Virus record (IMG/VR): IMGVR_UViG_3300032236_000771
Span: 1-64,000 of that record
DNA length: 64,000 nt
Direction: 5' to 3' (one strand)
DNA from: a virus
Made by a program: the position numbers and the translations under genes. This document shows positions 57,822-64,000 of this stretch, piece after piece; position 1 is the first letter of the stretch, and each line of letters opens with the position of its first letter. The notes under the pieces were generated by a model. That model did not search any database, had not been told where the DNA came from, and was given only the letters and a program-made list of their open reading frames with translations.

Positions 57822-57837
57822 TGTTTCACGTGAAACG
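57822..57837. promoter_or_regulatory. parS: Chromosomal-type parS site
   Basis: TGTTTCACGTGAAACG, 15/16 match to TGTTTCACGTGAAACA; intergenic. Confidence 0.8.
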
Positions 57838-57875
57838 GTCAATGGCAGGGTGTTTGTTCCTTGGGCAAAACCGAC

Positions 57876-58460
57876 ACTTTGGCCCGTACTTTAGCCACTT
57901 TGGCCTATCTAGCAGGGGCGATTTATGCCTAAATTTGGCTACTGTGTCCAATTTGGGGGTGTTAGGTGCGGCTGTCACCTGGCCGCCCCAGCCAGCTATC
58001 TTAGTCTAACCCTGCCCCCTAGTCAATTCGACACGCCGATAACCTCGATAACGATTAGATAACGATTAGCCGGGAGCATTCCTGTGAATTTGGCTACTTT
58101 GGCCACTTTGGCAGGGGTCGCTGTGGATACGACCAGCTCTACACACCAGGTCTGGCTTGGTATCAGGTATGAGATTGGCTTCTAACGCCTTTTCAGGCGG
58201 TGGGTGGGGTGATTACCTATTTAGGGGGGGTCGTGGCTTCTACGGGCATTCTGGGGCTGTTTAGGCCATACGCGATCTAAACCCTATTCTGTGAGTATCC
58301 TGTGAGTTCTAGGTTTTACTTGACTTTGAGCTGCATCTGTGATTCTTCCGTTTTGCTGTGAATGTCCTGTGAGCTCTTGTTATCTCTCTCTTCTTTGTGT
58401 ATCCTTCTCCATCTGGATGCTGTGAGTTTGCTTGGTGTTCCCTGGTCGTTCCCTGTGAAG
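57876..58460 (+). repeat. Short-repeat-rich divergent control region (origin/terminus/pac candidate)
   Basis: A(C/A)TTTGGC-like clusters, GATAAC x3, CTGTGA x8. Confidence 0.6.
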
Positions 58461-58716
58461 GGGGCAAGCCCCCTTTGACCCCCGAGGGCAGGGGCGTTTC
58501 ATACCTTGTATATATGGCGATAGGGGGCTGGCAATTCGCGATCTCAGCTTGCTGGCAACTTGCTGGGAATTACGATTTTTTAGGTGTCGGTGTTTGCTTT
58601 TGTCGGTGGGTTGTGCTTGGATTGGTCTTGTCGGGTAATTACCGACACCGAGAGCGGGGGCAACCCCCTGGCCCCCGCTCTCATCAAACCAACAGGGGGG
58701 ACAGGGGCACCACCAA

Positions 58717-58935
58717 ATGGACATCCGTCTTCACCTTCACGACCAAAGCGTTCGTATCTTCTGGGGGACAGAGCTCAAACCAATGACCTTTGACCAACCA
58801 ATTGCGAATGACGACACCCTTCGGTGTGTCTTCTGCTCAAACGAAACCGAGCCAATGTTGTGGTGGCAATGGAGCAACCACCTAGCCAACCACCACAACT
58901 TCACCATTCTGGGCAACACCAAGGCAGGCAACTAA
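58717..58935 (+). CDS. Early hypothetical zinc-finger protein
   Basis: CVFC...HL..HH; first of a coupled plus-strand chain. Confidence 0.55.
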   Translation: MDIRLHLHDQSVRIFWGTELKPMTFDQPIANDDTLRCVFCSNETEPMLWWQWSNHLANHHNFTILGNTKAGN

Positions 58936-59219
58936 TGAGCAACTTAGCGAAACTGGCCACCCGCCTGGGCGGTCTTGGAATCACCGCCGAATATGACGGC
59001 AACTACTGGGCGGGGGGAATCGAAGGCGTTTATGTGCCACTCCGTGAAGGTGTTGGAATCGGTATCGGTGAAACTTGGGATGAACCAACCAAGACCTTCA
59101 CCATTTGGCTCAATGCCGAACCAACCGAAGGGCAGGAGCAACTGACCTACACCAACCGACCAACCGAGCTCATTGCCAACTTGGTGGCAATGTTCCAGCA
59201 GAAGGGAATCACCAACTAA
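58935..59219 (+). CDS. Early hypothetical protein
   Basis: TAATG-coupled, MSNLAK. Confidence 0.65.
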   Translation: MSNLAKLATRLGGLGITAEYDGNYWAGGIEGVYVPLREGVGIGIGETWDEPTKTFTIWLNAEPTEGQEQLTYTNRPTELIANLVAMFQQKGITN

Positions 59220-59455
59220 TGGCACTTTACGACACCAGCCTGAAACAAGTCCCCGCAATCACGCCTGACCCGGCCCAGCCCTTGACCCGTGCTGAGATTC
59301 ACGCCATCTCGGTGGCCTTGATTGTGCTTCGTGATAGGCACATTGCTGCCCACTACCGAGCCAAAGACCCAAGCAACGAAACCCACAACCGACAGGCGGG
59401 CGACTACCTAGACCAGCTCCGCCGCAAGGTCGAACTAATGAAGGAGAGCAACTAA
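59219..59455 (+). CDS. Early hypothetical protein
   Basis: TAATG-coupled, MALYDT. Confidence 0.65.
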   Translation: MALYDTSLKQVPAITPDPAQPLTRAEIHAISVALIVLRDRHIAAHYRAKDPSNETHNRQAGDYLDQLRRKVELMKESN

Positions 59456-59649
59456 TGAAGAAGACCGAAGTTGAGCGTTGCGAGCGTTGCGACCGCCCGG
59501 CCACCGCAGAAGTGTGGTGTGCGACCCATTATCGCCAATGGTTGAGCGAGTGGGCTTGTGAGTGTGGCGAAGTCAATGGGGGCGGCATAAACCGATTCAC
59601 CAAGCGTTGCGGATTCTGTGGCAAGGCCAACGAAGAAGGGGGCAAGTGA
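59455..59649 (+). CDS. Early small Cys-rich protein
   Basis: CERC..C..H, CECG..CGFC; AAGGAG RBS. Confidence 0.65.
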   Translation: MKKTEVERCERCDRPATAEVWCATHYRQWLSEWACECGEVNGGGINRFTKRCGFCGKANEEGGK

Positions 59650-59903
59650 TGAGCAACATTTGGACAGCAGACCGAGCCACCAAGGCCACAACCGAAGACC
59701 TGACCAAAGCCTGGGCGATATTCCACCAAGCCCACGGGTGGCTAATGGCCAGCCCTTGGGACAGCACCCGCCACGCCGATGACCTGCTCCACGATTGGCA
59801 GGTTATCGAAGACGAGCTCGTGAAGCGGGGGGTTCTTGACCCCGAAGAAGAAGACCACACCTACACCTTGGCGGATGTTCTGCCGAGTGAGTTCATCTAC
59901 TAG
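59649..59903 (+). CDS. Early hypothetical protein
   Basis: TGATG-coupled. Confidence 0.6.
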   Translation: MSNIWTADRATKATTEDLTKAWAIFHQAHGWLMASPWDSTRHADDLLHDWQVIEDELVKRGVLDPEEEDHTYTLADVLPSEFIY

Positions 59904-59912
59904 AAGGGAAGA

Positions 59913-60281
59913 ATGAAGATGAGCAAAGCAACATTGACCGAGCAGGAGAAGGCCGACATTGCCCAGCGAGTAGCCAAGGGGCTAGGAGCGGGTGGCAAGT
60001 TGGTTGTCGCAATCCACCGCACGAGCCAAAGTAATCTGTCGTATTCGTATTCCATTCGCTTGGTGTATCCAACTGACCAAGGCCTTAGCGACCTATGGCT
60101 GAACTATTGGTTCGCCGCCGAGTATGGCGAGAGCCTGACCAAGCAAGATTGGCTCAAAGGCCAAGGTGTTGGGACTGACCGCTACTTCTTGGCGGGCTAT
60201 GAGCTCGGCGGTCTGTTGGTCAAGCGTGGCCTAATCGAAGACCGCTACATTCCCGCCCGTCAAGTCTTGGCGATTGCTTAG
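59913..60281 (+). CDS. Early hypothetical protein
   Basis: AAGGGA RBS. Confidence 0.65.
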   Translation: MKMSKATLTEQEKADIAQRVAKGLGAGGKLVVAIHRTSQSNLSYSYSIRLVYPTDQGLSDLWLNYWFAAEYGESLTKQDWLKGQGVGTDRYFLAGYELGGLLVKRGLIEDRYIPARQVLAIA

Positions 60282-60292
60282 GGGGCCGGGGA

Positions 60293-60562
60293 ATGAGCGA
60301 GTTGGTCAAGATTGAGCAGGAGAGCTTCGTGGCTCGTATCTATCCGCACGGGGAAGGCTTCGTGCTGGTGTGGAATGATTATGCCGTGAATGAATGGGTG
60401 GAGAGATTCACCACGCTCCCGCAGGCCATAGCCCGCTTGGCTCTGTTGGTCCAGGCTGTGGAGAGCGACAGGGGCTTTACCAAGTGGGCTGGCGAGTTCG
60501 CAAGCGACGCGGAAGCGTGGTTCGATAGCCAACTGAATCAAGAGAATGGGAAGGTGGCCTAA
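60293..60562 (+). CDS. Early hypothetical protein
   Basis: W.D...N.W.E.F..L..A.AR. Confidence 0.65.
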   Translation: MSELVKIEQESFVARIYPHGEGFVLVWNDYAVNEWVERFTTLPQAIARLALLVQAVESDRGFTKWAGEFASDAEAWFDSQLNQENGKVA

Positions 60563-60780
60563 TGCTGGTTGTGATTGCGAAGGGTGTCGAAGTGCTTGCT
60601 GTATCCACTAAGCGAGATTATGAGCAGGCAGGCATTGCCGAGCTCTGGTGGCAAGAGCAGGCGGTGGAAGCCCCCGCCAACTTGGTGGCTGCCTATCAGC
60701 AAGCCCTTGCCCAAGTCCTAGACCTAGGCCACGCCTTGGAGCAAGTCCAGGCACGAGCCGGGCAGGGGCAGGCCGAGTGA
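60562..60780 (+). CDS. Early hypothetical protein
   Basis: TAATG-coupled. Confidence 0.55.
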   Translation: MLVVIAKGVEVLAVSTKRDYEQAGIAELWWQEQAVEAPANLVAAYQQALAQVLDLGHALEQVQARAGQGQAE

Positions 60781-60834
60781 TTGTTTGTGTTGGCTGGCAG
60801 TTTGCTGTGAAGTTCAGTTTTTTGTGTGTCGCTA

Positions 60835-60863
60835 TTGTTATGTCCCAAAGTGTAGGATAAACT
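60835..60863 (+). promoter_or_regulatory. SigA-like early promoter
   Basis: TTGTTA-17nt-TAAACT. Confidence 0.55.
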
Positions 60864-60899
60864 CCTACTTATCAAACGCTCAATGAAGGAGAGCAGAGA

Positions 60900-61457
60900 A
60901 TGAAGAAGACCGAGTTAGTTGTAGGCCGAGAGTATGCCTACTCAACCAAGAGCAACCCGACCTGGGTTGAGCGGGTCAAGGTGCTAGACCTGAACCCAAA
61001 GCTTCTATGGCGAGATGCCAAGGGCAGTATCGAAGTGGAGTTCATCCGCACGGATCGCGAAACGGGCGAAGACAAAGCAGGTTCGCCAACCAAAGTTCTA
61101 GGCCGATACCTGATTGGCGAATACCGAGAAGCAGTCGCAAACATTGAGATTGCCAAGCGGGATAAAGAGATTGCCTATCTCCGCCGACAGGCAAACGAGA
61201 GAGAGCAGCGGGACTTCTTGGAAGGCCGGGTAAAGCCACTTCTCAAAGAAGTCTTAGAAGGCCAGTCGTATTCGATTCGCTTCGATTCATCGCGAACCTA
61301 TCAGCCATTCACTTTGGAGCTATCTCGTGAAGGTCTGCGAGTGCTTGTCGAAGACTTGCGAATCGGCAAGCACAACGCTGCCCGCTTGGAGAATGTCCTG
61401 CTGGAATTGGAGCGGGTTCGTGCCGAGCAGGCCAAGACCGAGAGCGTGGTGGCCTAA
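60900..61457 (+). CDS. Early hypothetical protein
   Basis: AAGGAG RBS. Confidence 0.7.
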   Translation: MKKTELVVGREYAYSTKSNPTWVERVKVLDLNPKLLWRDAKGSIEVEFIRTDRETGEDKAGSPTKVLGRYLIGEYREAVANIEIAKRDKEIAYLRRQANEREQRDFLEGRVKPLLKEVLEGQSYSIRFDSSRTYQPFTLELSREGLRVLVEDLRIGKHNAARLENVLLELERVRAEQAKTESVVA

Positions 61458-61777
61458 TGGAGAAGCAGTTGTTTGCCCGGTGTAAAGCCCGTGCCGAGTT
61501 TGAGATTCTAGACGACATTAGTCGGGGCTATGTCCCGCTGTCGGTCAAAGCGTTTGACGAGATTCACGCGTTTATGGACGCGAATTGCTATGGCGGTGTA
61601 GCCGATTCTGCGGGTGTCTTTTCGCGATCAGCATTCCCGACCACGGAAGACTGGCTGGCCTTCGTGGGAGAGCTTCACGCTCACCTAGACGGGTGGATAA
61701 AGTCGGGGTCAATGGCTCACGACTTCGGGCAGTTCTATGGCGAAGTCCTGACCTGGGGCAAGGTGGGCGAGAAGTGA
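61457..61777 (+). CDS. Early hypothetical protein
   Basis: I..G.VP..V..F.E.H...DAN.YGG. Confidence 0.65.
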   Translation: MEKQLFARCKARAEFEILDDISRGYVPLSVKAFDEIHAFMDANCYGGVADSAGVFSRSAFPTTEDWLAFVGELHAHLDGWIKSGSMAHDFGQFYGEVLTWGKVGEK

Positions 61778-62133
61778 TTACCCAAGTCCTGCCTATGGTC
61801 AATACGGATGAGCCTGATGTGGCCTATCGAATCGTTGGGAAGATAGACACCGACCAAGAGTTCTTCGCCTATGCGGAAGAGTTCTTGGAAGGTGAGTGGC
61901 AACCCGTTGAGAGCATTCAGTATCAGCGTGATTCGGTCAGCGTTCCAAACTTGGAGTATGACCCTGATGTGCTTCACTTCTTCGCAATGACTTGTAATCT
62001 CACCAAGCCGGGCGATTCATTCGATTGGCAGGCCAGTCGCAAGCTGGTGGATAGCCATACCTTGGTCTTCTTCGTGAATGGAGAATACCTAAGCCAAAGC
62101 GGTTCGCGATTCGTAAGCGTTATCGAATCGTAA
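61774..62133 (+). CDS. Early acidic hypothetical protein
   Basis: GTGA-coupled. Confidence 0.6.
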   Translation: MITQVLPMVNTDEPDVAYRIVGKIDTDQEFFAYAEEFLEGEWQPVESIQYQRDSVSVPNLEYDPDVLHFFAMTCNLTKPGDSFDWQASRKLVDSHTLVFFVNGEYLSQSGSRFVSVIES

Positions 62134-62226
62134 TCAAACAAAGCCTGTCGCCTGTTGTTTGTGTTGGGCAAGTGCGGCAGAATCAAAGTGTCGGATAACG
62201 ACAGACAGAGAATGAAGGAGCGGTAA

Positions 62227-62811
62227 ATGGAATTAGCAAACATCAAAGCGGCCTTCGGCGTGATCGCGAAGAAGGGTATCACGACCAGGCTGAATGTAAT
62301 GTCGTGCTGTCGCAGTTGTGCGGTTGCCGAGTTCCCGTATGCGGATGATGTGCCAATGATTTGGACATTCGGCGGTCAGGGCAACCGAATCACTAGGACA
62401 GACAGCCCCGAAGAAGTGTGGGTCTATCACGGGAATCTCTCCAAAGACGGAGAGCTCACGCCGAGCGGCCGGGTGGTCGTGGCAGCGTTTGAGCAGGCGG
62501 GCTTCGCCATTGACTGGGAAGGTCAGAGCGAGCATAAGGCCATTCGCCTTACCGACGCGAAGCCAGTCGAAGATGAGTTTGGCGATTGCGATAAGTGCGG
62601 TGGCAAGTATGAGCTTGGATCGCGAGAAGGTCGCTGTGGCGATTGCGGTAATTGCTCCAAGTGCTGCGACCACAACGGAGCTTGGGTCTGCCCTACTTGC
62701 CACTACGAATGCCACCAAGACATTGCCAAGGGCGAGTGCGGGTCTTGTGCGGACTGCCACGCCTATCACCACGGGAATTGCCAGGTCTATCACGAGAAGG
62801 AGATTGTCTAA
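62227..62811 (+). CDS. Early protein with CCxxC N-domain and multi-CxxC tail
   Basis: AF....KKGI......CC.SC; several CxxC motifs in the C-terminus. Confidence 0.7.
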   Translation: MELANIKAAFGVIAKKGITTRLNVMSCCRSCAVAEFPYADDVPMIWTFGGQGNRITRTDSPEEVWVYHGNLSKDGELTPSGRVVVAAFEQAGFAIDWEGQSEHKAIRLTDAKPVEDEFGDCDKCGGKYELGSREGRCGDCGNCSKCCDHNGAWVCPTCHYECHQDIAKGECGSCADCHAYHHGNCQVYHEKEIV

Positions 62812-63047
62812 TGACCACCAAAGCAGAGCTCATTGAGTTCATTCAGAAGCGTTATTCAGATGACGAGCAGTTGGTCTGGCAGATTGTGAGCCGGGATGAC
62901 TTGGTTGATGTCGTCAGCGACCTAAACACTTGGGAGCGATTCGTGGCCTATGCCGAGCAGTATTCGACCTTGGCAACACCATTCAGCGATTCTGCTGTTG
63001 AGCAGTATCAGGACTTCGCAGAGAAGTGTGGAGAAGAGAATGACTGA
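62811..63047 (+). CDS. Early hypothetical protein
   Basis: TAATG-coupled, AAGGAG RBS. Confidence 0.65.
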   Translation: MTTKAELIEFIQKRYSDDEQLVWQIVSRDDLVDVVSDLNTWERFVAYAEQYSTLATPFSDSAVEQYQDFAEKCGEEND

Positions 63048-63336
63048 CCACGAAGCGGTCTATGTTTTCGACTGCCCAAGTTGCGGTGGCTTCTATGGCG
63101 AGAATGCTCTCACCAGCGACAACCGCCTGCTTTGCCCTAAGTGCTATGCGGAGCAGAGCATTCCAAGCCCGTATGTGGAGCGTATGCTCACGAGCTACGA
63201 GGTCGAACCATTCACCGACCACTTGCGGGACTGCTCCCACGAATGGTTGGTCGAAGCCCGGCTGACCTGGTGCGAGTATTGCGGAGCAAGCGAAACAGAA
63301 GTTCAGAATTACCTAGCCAAAGGAGAAGGCGAATGA
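63040..63336 (+). CDS. Early zinc-ribbon protein
   Basis: CPSC, CPKC, C.H.W, CEYC. Confidence 0.6.
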   Translation: MTDHEAVYVFDCPSCGGFYGENALTSDNRLLCPKCYAEQSIPSPYVERMLTSYEVEPFTDHLRDCSHEWLVEARLTWCEYCGASETEVQNYLAKGEGE

Positions 63337-63905
63337 GCAGCAACGAAGAATTGGTAGAAGTCTTGGAGAATGGTCAAGGCCACCGAGTAGCCATTTACTA
63401 CGACAACGAAGCGGAATGCCCATTGCTCTGGTGGGACAACCTTGGTTGCCAACTCATCAGCTCTGGTCGCAACATCAGCGACTTCGGCACGACCGAAGAG
63501 GATGACTGGCACAGCGACTTGGTTCGGGACTTGATTCGCGATCACAAAGACACCTATGTCCAAGAAGAATTGGAGCAGCGTATCCGTGAGTATTTTGACG
63601 GGTATGGCGAAGGCGAGTATGCGGTTTCATTCCGAACGCTTCGTGGTGCTACCCAGGGCGAGTGGGCAAAGGTTGTCTTCTATGGCGAGAGCAGCGAAGA
63701 CCTAGACCGAGCGGCGAGATACACCGAAGCGTGGTTCGCTGGTGAAGTCTTCTTTTTGGCTCACGAAGTCGAAGTCATCTACACCTCACCGAATGGCAAC
63801 ACCAAGAAGTTTTGGGAGCTTGCGGATGACGAAGCCCTATCGGGCAACTATCTTGACCCATTGCCAAAGACTTACGAAGAGGCATTGGCAATTATCACAG
63901 GTTGA
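63333..63905 (+). CDS. Early acidic hypothetical protein
   Basis: ATGA-coupled; RG.TQG.W; W..GEVF. Confidence 0.65.
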   Translation: MSSNEELVEVLENGQGHRVAIYYDNEAECPLLWWDNLGCQLISSGRNISDFGTTEEDDWHSDLVRDLIRDHKDTYVQEELEQRIREYFDGYGEGEYAVSFRTLRGATQGEWAKVVFYGESSEDLDRAARYTEAWFAGEVFFLAHEVEVIYTSPNGNTKKFWELADDEALSGNYLDPLPKTYEEALAIITG

Positions 63906-64000
63906 TAACGAATCAACCAAAGGCCTATGCCTGACCAAGAGTGTCGGATAAGGTCGAACCAACTAAACCAAAGAAGGAGAGCAATGCGAACTCTAACCTG

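Larger units (their letters stand above)
57403..57936 (+). repeat. Three 22-bp direct repeats GGGGC(S)(N)TTTAT(N)CCTAAATTT
   Basis: 57403-57424, 57797-57818, 57915-57936; 19/22 positions invariant. Confidence 0.85.

Noticed and set aside
62580-62811. Multi-heme cytochrome (CxxCH)
   Set aside because: No signal peptide; mixed CxxC motifs fit zinc binding better

Overview
A 64-kb slice of a tailed dsDNA phage with a contractile tail (myovirus). The host is most plausibly an actinobacterium; this is inferred from leaderless TANNNT promoters, an actinobacterial-type parS palindrome and an eCIS-like tail. Positions 1-57.8 kb are almost entirely on the minus strand. They hold replication genes (primase fragment, DnaB, DnaC-like loader, initiator), baseplate/tail, a cluster of small Lys-rich ORFs, collagen-like fibres with a glycosylation/maturation cluster, neck/capsid/scaffold/portal/terminase, lysis genes, tRNA-Asn, Hsp20 and an array of small enzyme-like genes (Arr-like ADP-ribosyltransferases, GNAT, ParB-N). 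After a repeat-rich divergent non-coding region (about 57.8-58.7 kb), small early-type genes run on the plus strand. Most notable: (1) the portal gene is broken by CAT-TGA-G-CAT next to an HNH endonuclease, a candidate 7-nt translational bypass; (2) small enzymes share short peptide tags, candidate capsid-packaged effectors; (3) a mirror-symmetric 18-Cys 'ladder' fibre-tip protein has an adjacent putative maturation cluster; (4) a chromosomal-type parS site; (5) sharp regional depletion of 4-bp palindromes, with GATC seen only where it overlaps CGCG. All family assignments are by-eye motif recognition; no database searches were run.
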